The translations under genes were made by a program, and so were the position numbers. Positions 1 to 12,390 of a stretch of 64,000 bases of DNA are shown piece after piece. Origin of the DNA: Vicugna vicugna. Taxonomy: Eukaryota. Each line of letters opens with the position of its first letter. The stretch's first letter is position 1. The DNA lies in NCBI GenBank assembly GCA_013265495.1, contig MU063101.1, positions 6,562,164 to 6,626,163 on the forward strand. The letters run 5' to 3'. Under the pieces are notes generated by a model, which saw only the letters and a program-made list of their open reading frames with translations, did not search any database and was not told the DNA's origin.

Positions 1-182
1 TGAGAAGGAATCTATAAATCTGAGACTTGGTGATTCTTGGAGTTGCTGAATCAGTGATTTCTGTTTTGCTGATCAGGTGACTTTCAAATCGGCTTACTCA
101 AATCTTCACATGAGTTTGGGCCATCATTCTCGGTTTTGTTTGGAAGTTTAAAATTTGCTTAGCTGCCAAATTGCAGTTCTGC

Positions 183-245
183 TATTTATTCATTCAACAA
201 ACAGGACTGAGTATCTACTGTGTCAGGCGCTGTGCCATATAAAGT
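183..245 (-). mobile_element. L2 3' end fragment
   Basis: tttattcattcaacaaac...gagtatctactgtgtcaggcgctgtg matches the reverse-complement L2 tail. Confidence 0.6.
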
Positions 246-3200
246 AATTCCAATCTGAAATACAAATTCATAGTGATTATAACCACCATGGGATAGAAGA
301 TGCATAGCATTTTTTCAGAAAACAACTTGCCAGGTTTTAAAAAACCAGTAGCAAGAGGAAATTGTAAGATCCTGGCAGAAAAGACTAGATCCAGAGCTAG
401 CAGCTCAGTTTTTAATAGTAGGCAGAGAAAATCCCCTGAAAGCAGGCAAGGGCTCTCTTTCCAAGAGGAACCCCTTAAGGGTTTACATGGCAAAAATAGT
501 TTTCTGCTGAAGATCACTTGATGGAATCATTCATTATGATGTCTTTGGCTGACATGATAGAATTGAAACTCTATTTTATCAAACTTGGGATTGACACATG
601 AGATGGTATTAAGGCCATTTTATGTACATTCTGTACCTATCAAATCTACAAAGCCTTTAGGGGTGAAATTCACTTCTGGGATAATCAGTCACGATTAGGA
701 ACATGCCCAGAACTTTACAGAAGCTCTGTCGATGTCAGTGCTGACTCCAGGCCAAACGTGGAACACAGGATATGGTTCCATGCGTTCAGGAATTGGGAGG
801 GTGGATGGAATCGAGGCTGGAGGATGTATCATACAGGGATCTGGCCCATTGTGGGTGGGACTGAACATCTGCTAGTGGAACCTTGATTGACTAGAAGGCT
901 TGAGTAATGAGGGTGTTCTGAGAAACCAAAGGAAATGTTTTCTGTTTCTCTCACTTGGGCAAATCCAAAGAGCCTCTGGACTAAAGTCCTCTGAGTTCTT
1001 TCAGAGGAAGTTGGGCCCCAGTAGGATATTGAGGACGTGAAAAGCAATTAAGTGATGGTCTGTATCCTGGGGAGAGTCCATCTGATGTTTCTGAACTAAG
1101 TGCTATTTCACTTATTAGAAAGGCATGGCTTTCCATGCCCCAGTGAAGACTGCAGATCAACCGATATGCAGGCGCTTCCTGCTAAATGGAGCAATTGAAT
1201 TGTTTTACTAACTTGGCTCTGAGTGCTGGGATATATGGTACAGTCTTAGGAGAGGGCAGACGATTTACATTCTGTTATTGTTAACCCACATACGACTGAA
1301 ACAAAGCCACCCTCTTCTCTGTGCAAGTATAGATTGCTAGAAGTAGATCTGAGCACATCTGACTGTGGGAGGAATACAACTCTCAGGCTGACTGGCTCAG
1401 AGCCCGCACTACGACTGATCCTCCCTCAAGTGCCCAAGTGGAGTCTGGCCACCAACTTCTGAGTAGACCAGTTTGCAAGTCTCTACAAATGGGTATAATG
1501 TATTTAGGACCATTTGCCCTTATAAGATGTGAGTGCATGGATCACAGACTGACTCCCAAAACATTTACAAGAATAGCACAAATTCCATATTTAGTTCATA
1601 CCTATATCTCCATGAGCAGGGCTGCTCTATATTTTGCAGATAAATTTAAATCCATCTGCATTTTTATATTTCCTGGGATCGTAATATGGCTTAATTTGCT
1701 TCCTCGCACATTTCTAGATGGTAAGAAATCTATGCCTTTCCCATTTCCATCCCGAAGAACCACATTCAAAAGAAAGAAATAGAAAAGCATAAAATCGAGG
1801 TCAGGAAGATTAAGCCCCTAATTCACGAGCCAAACTTCCCATTTCAATTGTGGTTTTGTCTCCCAGCTAAAGTTTGTCTTTTTGTGACATTTGCATTAAG
1901 CCCAGAGGACATTTTGAGTGGAAACACGCTGAAAGCATAATTGAAACGCTGAGTGGTGCCATTCATCTAATTTGCATTTTTCCCCCAGGTGGGGAGTGTT
2001 CACCGCCCCCCTTTCTTCTCCTGGGGTGTTCAAAGATTATCTCGAAGAATGATGTTGTGCAACTGATTCCAATATATCCCCATGTATAGTATATTATATG
2101 TATAATTTTTTTCCAGAAGCTATGTTAAATACCATAGTGACAAACTATGTAAGGAAGTCCTTGGCAGGTTCAGAATAGTACAGATAGTTCCTTGCAAACC
2201 ACCCCCCCCCGATAGAGGTTTTCAGTATTTGTTCACAAGTTTAATTGTTTATTAGTATTTTTCCTTTCACTCCTCATGGTGTTATTCTGAGCTGCTTAGG
2301 AGATTGTCTCTATAGAAACAAATATTTTTAAAATAGATAGACAGAAACTATTCAGTTTCCTCCTTAATACGTTCTTTGAACTCTGCATCATGAAACATGC
2401 ACTGGCTTTATCTCTATTTAAAAGTTTGAGAATCACTGACATGGTGGTTGTGTCAACGAAGTTCATAATACGAAACAATGATTCAGAGCTGACGCTATCA
2501 ATTAGTTGCCCCTTTAGCAGGAAATGTGAGGGGAGATTACCATCAGTGGGAAAGTGGAGTCTGTTTTCTCCAGTAGGAAGAAGAAACAATGTGCTGACCT
2601 ATTTCTCTTTTGATTAAGTATTCTTCATATGTTTCAGATCTGTTATTTAGATACTGTCAAAATCACAATCATTGTTATGGTCTAGATTCATGCTTTTTCT
2701 AAGGTTTGTGTCTTTCTCAAGACCTCATTATTTATGTTACATGTATTATTTCAAATAGCAGAAACCTTATTAGATTATATCAGATAATTGTATCACAGCC
2801 CTCCTAGATTATAAGCCTGAGTAGGATGAAGCCAGGCATGAGTTTGTTTAAATGAAGAATAAGCAAGAAAGGAATGTAGCCCAAGCCAGCATTTCTGGAG
2901 TGTCGGACGCACATCATTGTTTGCATGGTTTTAGTGCATACATGGATAAACGTATGTTTTTACTGCTTAAGTTTATTTTAACATTATTAGAAAAGAATAC
3001 ATTTGGCACATTCATCATGTATTATAGAGGTTATCTTCAGACAATTTTACAAGTTAAAAAGTGAGTCAATTAAAAGAAAAATATTAAGTGAATAATAGGT
3101 CAGGTTTGAGAGTCTGGCTAGGCTGTGAATCTGGGGCTGGATGACCGAAGGCAGGAACACATTCTTGGGCAGATTGGCCTAGACTAATGGCCTTAACCTC

Positions 3201-3754
3201 ATTCGATCTCACTAAGTCTCAGATTCCAGAGAGGAAAAACGTACCTCAAATTGATAATTTATTGCAATCCTGAATGTCAAATTCTCAGCACAGCATCCTT
3301 CTTTTAGGAAAAAGAATACCTTAGATTTTTAGGAAGTTATCTTTATAGACAATCCATTTGGAGAATACTGAACACAACTTTGTGGAGTCTGCTATGGGCA
3401 GAACACGTAATTTCACTCCTTTGATGTCATTTTTTCCTGCATGACCTTACATGTGAGAGTGGTAGGGCTTTGCCAAGAAGAGTGGGAGGATCCAAAGATG
3501 GGCAGGTTTGCTTCAGAATTATCTGCCTCACTCCTTCAGCCTCAGCAGAGATGTAGTAACCATCTCCATGGTAACCACACAGACCAGAGCACAGGCACCT
3601 GACTAGCAGGAAGTGGAAGGACCCAGGAGGCAGGCAGAACACCAGCTAGAAGAAGGAAGCTGTGTAGAAAAGAAAAGGGAAGCTTCCTTAATGCCCAGAA
3701 CTACAGAAATAATGAGGATAATAATTCTTATTCATGGAGCCCCTGGGTCTGTCC

Positions 3755-3900
3755 AAAGTGCTTTATGCATGTAGGCACATATTATATTGTTGAATGCTCA
3801 CCGTAAAATTATAGTACCTATAAGGGAGGTACTGTTATCTGTTCCACTTTACAGATGAAAACATTGAGGTTAAAGGGACAGATGGTTTGCCAAAGGGCTG
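3755..3900 (-). mobile_element. MIR SINE
   Basis: ggtactgttatctgttccactttacagatgaaaacattgagg is the MIR core, reversed. Confidence 0.7.
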
Positions 3901-4067
3901 CTACACAGGATTGGAAAAGGGCTTAGAAACCTACCATTACAACTCCCTTTCTTAGGGCACAGGAATAGCAGTTCCTGGCACACTAGGTCCCAACCTTCTT
4001 GCTCTGCCAGGAATCACTGGGAAATGTGGAAACCTGGCATTTTGACAAGCATTCCTTGTCCGAGCTC

Positions 4068-4236
4068 CTGGTTCTCGGCCCTGGCTGCATTAGATTCATC
4101 TGGGAAATCTTAAAGAGATACCAGTGCCTGGACCCAGCCTAGCTATAGCAGCATCTCAGTTAGGGGTTGGGGCAGGTATTGCCAGATTTTCAAATATTCT
4201 CCAAGTGATTCTCATAGCCTTGAAAAAGAACCACAC
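4068..4236. mobile_element. MER5-like hAT-Charlie MITE
   Basis: ctggttctc...catctggga...ccaagtgattct...gaaccac matches MER5 termini and body. Confidence 0.65.
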
Positions 4237-5479
4237 CTGCACCTAAATTGGTAAAAGATGTCTAAAATAAACAACCCAATTATGCAACCCTTAGTTACTT
4301 GATGCAGCAAGTTGGGAAGAGAGCTAGAATATGTTAAGGGCCTACGATGCACCAGGTCCTGAAAGGAGGTCTGGTCTCTCAGTATGCTCTCACTTGGAAC
4401 CCCTGACAACCCCCGAGGGACCGGTGAGAGGCCTGAAGGGTGGGGATGGGGCAACTGCCCTCTTCCCTCTCATTTGTCCACATCTGGGACGTGGATGTGC
4501 TGGGAGCTTGAACTGCAAAGATAGGCCGATCAGACTGGGGACAGGTGTCTGCCTCTTCTGGATGTGTGGTCTTGAGCATGTTAGTTTCTCCAAGGCTCAG
4601 TCTGTTCTCCTATAAGATGGAAATGATGCTTATACATTGAGCATTCTCAGTGGGACTATATATCACCAAAGGGGTGACATGGGTTCTTGGGGCAGAGGAA
4701 AAATTGTATTGTGTGTGTGTGTAGAGTACACATATGCATGCAACAAATAAACAGATGTACAGTATCCCTGGGACACTGACATTTCATGAGAGTGGTGGCA
4801 ATTAGGCAAAGATAACTAAAAACTCTCCTGGGTAGGGGGAGATAATTAAAAAAAAGTTGGGAACTGTTGCTGTAGATTAGAATTGCTGTGAGATTGAAAG
4901 GGGAAGCTGGATGCACAGTCCTTGGCACAGAGTCTGGCACTGAGATGCTGCTCAATAAATGGTAGAAGTTGTTACTGTTATTTGTCAAAACTTCGTTCGG
5001 CAAGCACACACTGATCCCAGCTATGCATAGGGGCTATGTGAAGCTTTACTGGGATTATGAAGAAAGTGCCTATGACTTTACCAATGAGCTGAGTCAAAGC
5101 TAAGCCCAGGAGGTGAAGAGCTTTCATGAATGGATGTATATAGAGCCTGGGGAACTAAGGGGAGACATGGTTGAGTCCCGCATTTCCTCCTACGTGTCCT
5201 CACTGTGGGGCTCAACCAAAACAGAAGTGACTGGGGGCCTTGCCTGCAGTATCTCCTTCTTCCAGTGTGGAAGAGGTACCCCCAGTCCACCACTTATTAG
5301 AGCATCATTTTGCCAATAGAGATTAATTGGGTTAAGTGGAATTGTTTTTGGTGGCCTCCTGTATGGAAGAGCTTTCTGATTGTTGCTGGAGATGTAATAA
5401 AAGAGTAAGATCCAATTTCTGCTCTTGGTTCTGATGGGGAAAACAGATACATAAAGTAGACATGTGGATATGATATGAC

Positions 5480-5830
5480 ATTGAAGGCTCTATGTGCAGG
5501 AAACACTGAGAACACAAAGAGGATATTTAGAGAAGTGGCCCAAGCTGGCTCTCGAAGAATATTGAGTTAAGAGGGTGAAGAAACTGAGAAGTACCTTCGC
5601 TACAAGAGGGAGCAGTATGATTGATCGTTGGGGTGGGAGAGTGTAGTGGCTGTAGGAAGGTGCGGGAGCGGGTAATATGTGAGGCACAGAGTGAAGATGG
5701 AGGCCAGTGGGGAGGCCAATGAACAGCTTGAACTTGGAGGACCCTGAGTATTAAGCATTATTTTGCCATGGGGAGCCATAGTTGTGTAAGATTCAGGAGG
5801 AGGCAAGTCAGTTCTGTAGTTGTGATGGAA
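5480..5830 (-). mobile_element. L2 fragment
   Basis: Purine-rich reversed L2 motifs (e.g. gccatgggagccatag). Confidence 0.5.
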
Positions 5831-5949
5831 GGGTACAAATTTCCTTCAAGAAATAGTCCTTATGTGGCCTTCCAGACCCCCATTTCCTGGACCCAGCTAA
5901 TCTCCACTCATTTCCTTGGTTTCTCCCATCCCTTTCTGGGCCCACCTCG

Positions 5950-6130
5950 CTGACTTATTTGCAGTTCCCTGAATACCACAGGGCATTTGCTCATATTACA
6001 TTTCCATCCGCCTATAACAAGTCTCCTATGAAGATCTCTCTCCTCCATTAGATTTCAGGCCAGAGACTATGTTCAGTGTTATAACCCCAACATCTAGCAT
6101 TACATAGGCTCAGTAAATATTTGGAAGGGA
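5950..6130 (+). mobile_element. L2 3' end
   Basis: catctagcattacataggctcagtaaatatttg tail. Confidence 0.6.
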
Positions 6131-6178
6131 AGGAAGGAAAGAGAAAAGGAAAGAAGGAAAGAAGGAAGGAAAGAAGAA
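6124..6178 (+). repeat. (GAAG/GAAA)n purine-rich low-complexity repeat
   Basis: Seen directly. Confidence 0.85.
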
Positions 6179-6744
6179 CTTAGCCGTGAAACTAGAACTG
6201 CCACAGAATCTTTCTTTTCTGGGAAGATAATTCTTAAGGTGGTAATAACTATATTAGTCTTCATATGCCTTCCCTCACCTCCATCCATCCCCAGCTGAGA
6301 CTGTCTTCCTTGATCCTGCCCAGGTACCAGGGCCAGAACCAGCATCCTGGCAATATAGGCAACAAGCTCGAGTGGGCCCTGTCCTCTGAGCCATGGGTCT
6401 TCAGTGGATGAATGCTAATTGATGGTGACAGTGAAGGCATCCTCCATATCTCTCTTTCTTAGTTCACTTCCAAAACCTGAACCCGGCCATGCCCAGTCAC
6501 TCCTCACTACCAAGATGCTCAGAGGAAGCCAAAACTGTAGTCATTATAGAGAAGCCAGGACTGGGCAGCCAGGAAGGGCGCTGGAGTCCTAACACAGAGG
6601 GACCCTGAGGGGCACCAGCACAATGCAAAATGCTTCTGGGTTGGGTGAAGACTTGGGAGCAGGACTGAGCTGGGGACTCATGTCTTTATATTCAGGTTCT
6701 GATGGGATTTCAGGAGGGAGTATTCCATGCAGGGCTTTCTCTTC

Positions 6745-6975
6745 ACTGAGAGCAAATAGTGGTGAAAGGCAGACCGACCAGGTTCAAATCTTGGTTTTAT
6801 GATTCACAAACTGTGTTGGGCACCTCCTTCTCCCTCTCAGAGCCTCAGTTACTACATAGACTGCAGAGGAAGGGGATCAAAATTGTTCTAAAGATTAAAT
6901 AAGATCATATATGTAAAATGCTTTGCACTGAGCCTCATGTGTAGAAAGTGTTCAATTCACATTAGCCATTGTAAT
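6745..6975 (+). mobile_element. MIR SINE
   Basis: ggttcaaatc...gcctcagtt...gattaaataagatcatatatgtaaaatgct. Confidence 0.75.
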
Positions 6976-7119
6976 TAACAGCTAATATGGTCTCATCACC
7001 ATAAGAATTATCTTCCCAGAATAGAAAGACCAGCTTAATTCACCAGATAGTTTTATGGCTCTAACTGTGTACTTGGACTCAGGTAGATGTTGTCACTAAA
7101 AGACACACAAGAAGGTTCC

Positions 7120-7535
7120 TAGTAGTAGTATTTTAAGAATCCCAAACTAGAAATAGCCCATATGCCCATCAACAATAGAAGAGATAAATGCACTCAGTGT
7201 AGACACCGGATGGAGTGCTGCATAGTCAGTAGGATAAACTGTTACACTTGCAGCCACTTGGATGGATCTCAGAGACACAGTGTTGTGTGAAAGAAGCCAG
7301 ACGCACAAGAGCAGCGGCGGTGTGATTCCATTTGCATCAGGACAGTGTAGCCTCTGAGGAGGGAGGGTAGGGATTTGACTCAGGAGTTAGAGGAGGAGGG
7401 GGACTGACAACATTTGGTGTCTAGGGTTAGGCGCTGGGTACACGGATGGCTACTTGGTGAAATTTCATCGAGTTGAATGTGCATTCTGATCTGTGCACTC
7501 TTCTGCGTCTATGCTATGCTTCAATGAAAGGTTTA
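7120..7535 (+). mobile_element. Old L1 (L1M/L1ME-type) 3' end
   Basis: cccaaactagaaatagcccatatgcccatcaacaatagaa...tggatggatctc...gaaagaagccagac, typical of L1 3' ORF2/UTR. Confidence 0.75.
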
Positions 7536-7919
7536 GTAAACAGCAAATAAGCCTGTTCCGCCGAGAGCTATGAAAACAAAAGTGGGGGCAGGGAAAGTAA
7601 GTAATCCAATTCTGTACTTCCCCCCAGGATCCCCAGAGTTTACAGAGGAAGGCAGATGGGCAGACACAGGCACAGACAACTAGTGGTGGTGCCTGTAGTG
7701 ACAGAATCGGGCACCGGGGACAGACGCACTGCAGAGGGGAGGGTGATGGATCAGCTGTCACTAGCTGCCACTCACAGTAACAGCCCCGAGCTCCAAGCAG
7801 TTCCTCCAGGATGTCCGCTTCCTGCACATGACTTAGCCGTGCAGTTGTGGGAATTGCACTTGCATCTATCCAGCCACTGCCCTAATCCGGGCCAGGCATC
7901 ACTGATGTAATGCCAAACT

Positions 7920-8070
7920 AACAGTTCTCTTGGCCTGTCTTCTTGGCTTCCTCTAAACCACTCTCTAGAACCCAGAGCTGCTAAATTAGAATCTTTGGAT
8001 TGGGTACCTAGCACTTTTAAAAAATCTCCCACGTGATTCTGCGGCATCCCAGCTCTTGGGAAGCACTGCA
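7920..8070. mobile_element. MER5-like hAT MITE
   Basis: attagaatctttgg...ttttaaaaaatctcccacgtgattct...gggaagcactg. Confidence 0.55.
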
Positions 8071-8798
8071 CTACACTGGAACCAGAGCCCACACCTGACC
8101 TAGACCTTCTCCACGCTAAAGATAGTCCAAGGCTACAGGGCTGCACCTCCCCTTAGTGGCATTTCCCACTTCATCTCCAGACGACACTTTCAGCTTCATT
8201 TCCAGCCTCTTCTGCCTCTCCACCATCCCTGCACCACTGCAAAGGTGCCTCTGGTCTGAGTGCATGTTAGTTCTCTTTCTCTGAGTCTGTTTTTTGATTT
8301 CAGCACCCCTCCAAATCACACATGCCTTTGAGTAACCTAGAATGCCTCCACTCTCTTACAGACCTTCTAATTTCCAGCTCATCTTCAAGAACCCACTGGA
8401 ATATTGAAGCTGTCCCTCAAGGCTCCTGAGCTCTCTGGTTCCACCACAGCACCTCACACACAGGGGAAGAGATCACGTCCCTAAATGTCACTCTGCTGTA
8501 TCTGACTGTACGCTCCACCAACTACACCCAAGGGCAGAGAAGACATTCTGTTTGTGCATCATCAGTGCTCAGCAGCTGCCTGGGACATGAGGGTGATTAA
8601 GGACAAGTCTTGACTGAGGGGAGCCCTTCAGCACAGACAAAGCCACGGGGCTGCAAGAGGGCTCTGGGGGATAGGGGCAACAGTCATGGACCTGGGCTGC
8701 AGAGTGGTAATCCACAGCTAAAGGCCGGAGGTATCTCCAGGATTAAGCTGCCCAACGTGCTCACATTCTGTGTTGTTCGTTTGTTTTGTTTTCACCAG

Positions 8799-9007
8799 TG
8801 ATCTTCAGTGACTGTAAGGGAAATGACAAACTGCACTACGAGGTCTCAAGCCCATACTTCAAGGTGAACAACGATGGCAGCCTAGTCGCCCTGAGAAACA
8901 TAACTGCGGTGGGCAAGACTCTGTTCGTCCATGCACGGACTCCCCATGCGGAAGACATGGCAGAACTCGTGATCGTCGGGGGGAAAGACATCCAGGGCTC
9001 CTTGCAG
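8799..9007 (+). CDS. CDH13: Cadherin-13 (T-cadherin) internal coding exon, equivalent to human exon 3 (propeptide region)
   Basis: Translates to (L)[69 protein letters not shown], near-identical to human CDH13 residues ~53-122 as recalled. Polypyrimidine tract and ag acceptor at 8797-8798; CAG|gtaact donor at 9008. 209 bp, phase 1 to phase 0. Confidence 0.97.
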
Positions 9008-9087
9008 GTAACTAGCTGCTTGGAATGAGTTGGGTCCAAGGAGGAATGCTGGGGTTTGTGTCTTACATGGAAAATGAGTCTTTGGCT

Positions 9088-9645
9088 TATTATTGGCCAA
9101 GATTCTTTTGTTGTAAATGATGGAAACCTAACTCAAAACAGTGTGGCAGGGAGATTTGTTGGGCCATATGACAGATATTTCAGGGATAGCTCTGCCTTCC
9201 AGCTGACTGTGAACCAGTGCCCAGATGATGGCATCAGCTTTGATCTTTATCCATCTGTGGTTCCATGTTCCTTCTCTTGGCTTCACTCTTAGACAGTCAC
9301 AACCCTCCCTGCTTCCCAGTGTGGGGATCTCAGCAGCTCCACTTCTTTCTCCCAGTCTGAAGTCATCTGAGAGAGCATCTCTTCATGATGCTGCCAACTG
9401 AAGCTTGAAATCAAATCTCACCGGCTCTCCTTAGATCATGCGCCCATCCCTGCACCAGTTACTGTGTCCATTGGGTCCTGATGCTGTGGTTGGCTAAGTC
9501 TGGGTCACATGCCTTCTCCTGAAGCCGGGTGGACTCAGCCCCACCTAAGACATGTGGACTGAGAATGAAAAGGGGTAGTTACTCAAAATAAATTAGGATG
9601 CTGTCATCTAAGGAAGAGAAATGGGTGCTGGGCAGGCAAGAACCT
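9088..9645 (-). mobile_element. MaLR LTR (old MLT1J/K/L type)
   Basis: Starts ...cttttgttgtaaatgatggaaacctaactcaaa; contains gatcatgcgcccatccctgcaccagttactgtg and gggtcacatgcc. Confidence 0.75.
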
Positions 9646-11168
9646 CAGTCACCCCCTAGGGTTGTAAACAAGGCAGCCACGGCACGTGGTGCTGCACCTT
9701 CGCCATGACTGGTGCCCGTTCCTTTCCACGTGCACACGTACACAGCTCTCTGCACCAGCACACACGTGACTTTAGCTAGCGGTGCCACAAACTGCCCTTC
9801 CGGCATCCTGATTGGGTCAGCCAGAGGCTTTTTGCTACAATGGGCTTACCTCCTCCTCCTCCTTCACCAGGGGCTCAGAGACTCTGTGGCTTCTCAATCA
9901 TAGACCGGGAAGACACACAGCAAGACCCTGGCATGTTGAGAACAGTAATAGCGGTGCATCCGCAGCTCGGTGCGGCTGGCCTTTCCTCCTGCCTGCCGCT
10001 GGGCTGCTCTTACCCAATTTCTCACAGCCTGTGATTCCCCACTGCCTTGTTCCACCTGCCTTACTCCCTGCAACCCTGCTTTATCTGTTCATTTTGTTCA
10101 GTGGCGGAGTAAACACCAGTTCCACAACTGGGGAGCAGAGAGTACAAACGGCAACAGGAGTGTTGCTTTCCTGCCAATGCTGTCATTAACTTCTTTATCT
10201 ACAGATGAGAAGGGCTGCATAGTCTGCAGTGCCAAATAAGTGGCACGTGTGCTGCCCCCTCCATCACCATGCACATGGCACATAATCACCTCTGGCTTGA
10301 CCTGGGTGTCTTTCCCTGAGTATCATCTGGAAGCTACTATCCATTGACCATTTAGAGATGTTTCTAAGGCCAGAATATATTTGCCATCCCTGGACTGGAC
10401 AAACTGCATAATTCCCTTTCATATCTGTCAGTCTGTGAGTCTAGGGTGGGTAGCAAGCTGAAAATGAATCCACAGTGTGCCACTGATGTTTTCAAAGAAA
10501 ACAGGATCTTGGTGAATACATACCAGTGTGGAAACCCATTGGTGCCACAGAAGTGAGCTTATTTCTTACTTAGCCATGGTCATTTTCACAGCATCTCACT
10601 AACTTGTGATATAAACAAATTCTAAATAGCAAAAGCAACAAAACTGCCAAGAAGGTGCAGCACAAAGTGCTTCTTGGGAACAAGTAAATGGTACAGAGAT
10701 TTGTGTAAGGGGCTTTGCATGTGGGATGGAGAGTGTTTAGGTGAACATTGTTCATTGTTATTGGTGACTCAGCTTTAAATCTGGAAAAGACAATGTCATA
10801 GTATTTAGCTCAAAGCAGAGCAGAAGGGCTTCTGGGCACTTCTCAGGACAGACTTCACCTTGATGGGCTAGGAGACCTGGGGTCATTACCAAGCGATTCA
10901 GCCTTGAAGAGCTGGACTCTACAGTCTCAGAAAGGTACCCTCGCGGAGGCAAAGCTCCTTGGAGCTCCGGTCATTTCTCATTTGTCGCTGTCAGAACACA
11001 TCGTCAGCATAACTTGGCTGTGACTGTTTGCTTCTCATAAAGCATGGAGGATGCCGCTGGGCCGTCAGTTTGCCAGACTCCATCAGAACAGGGCATTCAT
11101 CTCCCGCCTCCAGTAATCTTATGAGGTTTGAAATTAGGCCTTGTGATGTGTCCATAATAAAAAAGTCC

Positions 11169-11260
11169 AAAAAAAAAAAAAAAAAAAAAGGAAAAGAAAA
11201 AAAACAAAAAAAAGAAAAGGAAAAGAAAAATGACAAAGAAAAGAATAGGAAAACAAAACA
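11169..11260 (+). repeat. A21 tract followed by A-rich low-complexity sequence
   Basis: Seen directly. Confidence 0.9.
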
Positions 11261-11504
11261 GCCAAAGAATCCCTCTAAGGAAAGCACAGTCCTTAATAGA
11301 TATCCAGTTGGTATTTTTGAGGCCCTACTGTGTGTGGTGAGGTGGGCCAGCTGCTGGAGAAGGAAAGTAATGAGTGCACGAGTCAGCTCAGCTTCTGGCT
11401 GGGGAGAGAAAATGAATGTGTGTACTGATTAAGTACCAGCTACGGAGGCGATGGTGATGGCTGCTCGGTGCCTTTAAGGAGGGGAGAGGGCAGAGGGAAT
11501 GGGC

Positions 11505-11660
11505 TGGTAATGACAGTGTTTGCGTGGCACTCACTGTGTGCCAGGCGCTGCTCTCATGGGCCGCAAATGCTGACTTGTCCTATTTCCCACCACCTATGAG
11601 GCACATGCTATTGTCCCCATTGCACAGATGGGGAAAACTGAGGCACAAAGAGGTGAGTGA
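11505..11660 (-). mobile_element. MIR SINE
   Basis: tgtgccaggcgct...attgtccccattgcacagatggggaaaactgaggcaca. Confidence 0.8.
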
Positions 11661-12221
11661 GAACCTGTATTATTTAATGGGATTCTCGTAAGTGTGTGCA
11701 TCTCAGGATATGCTTTAACATGCATTATTCTAACCCTCACAACCTCCCTGTGAGACTGCTGACGGTATCCCCTTCCTATAGGTGTGAGAATTGGCTGAGA
11801 TCCCCTAGCTTGGAATTGGCAGAAAACAAGTTGAGGTTTTAGCCTCTCTGTCCAAACTCCCATTCTCGTTCCTGCCACTTTGTTCACCAGAAAACTGTGC
11901 CACTTGGGTGGCTACCTAGTGGTCCAAAGATGAGGGCATGCATTAGACCAATACAGTAGCAATGGAGGAAAACAACAAATGGAAGTTGTGGTCTGAAGGA
12001 AGAAAGAGCCAAGATTCAGCTTCCTTATGATTCCAAATTGTCTAGCCTTGGGAGGATGGAGCTGGATTGGACCAATCAGGGAGGGGATGGGTGGGAACGG
12101 TGAACAGTCCAGCCGGGATGTGTTGAGTTGGTGGCTCCTGGGGACATCCTGAGAGGGCTGTCCAGGAGACAGCAGGGAACATGGGCTGGATCCCAGGGTA
12201 AACATCTGGGGGAAGAGCAGC

Positions 12222-12390
12222 AGAGTGGTAGGTAGGGCTTTAGCTTTGGTGTCAAACTTAAATGAGTTCAAATTTCTGTTCCACCACTTATGATTATGTG
12301 ACCTTGGGCAAGTCACTAAACTCCCTGAACCTCAACATCCTCATCTATGAAGCAGGGATAAGAATAGTGCCTGCCTCCCAGAATCATTCC
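12222..12390 (+). mobile_element. MIR SINE
   Basis: gttcaaatt...tgtgaccttgggcaagtcactaaactccctgaacctc. Confidence 0.85.

Larger units (their letters stand above)
1..8798 (+). other. CDH13: CDH13 intron upstream of the exon (partial)
   Basis: No other cadherin-like exon found. CDH13 introns are known to be very large. Confidence 0.8.

Noticed and set aside
988-1140. Two 7-bp-stem hairpins (cctctga/tcagagg; ggcatgg/ccatgcc)
   Set aside because: Roughly twenty such stems are expected by chance in 64 kb, and prokaryote-style terminators are irrelevant here.
8786-9028. ORF-track 80-aa ORF taken as a standalone gene
   Set aside because: It is the CDH13 exon plus in-frame intronic flanks; the splice sites define 8799-9007.
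11028-11432. 134-aa Lys-rich ORF (and the Phe-rich antisense ORF)
   Set aside because: Produced by the A-rich low-complexity tract; no protein-family features.
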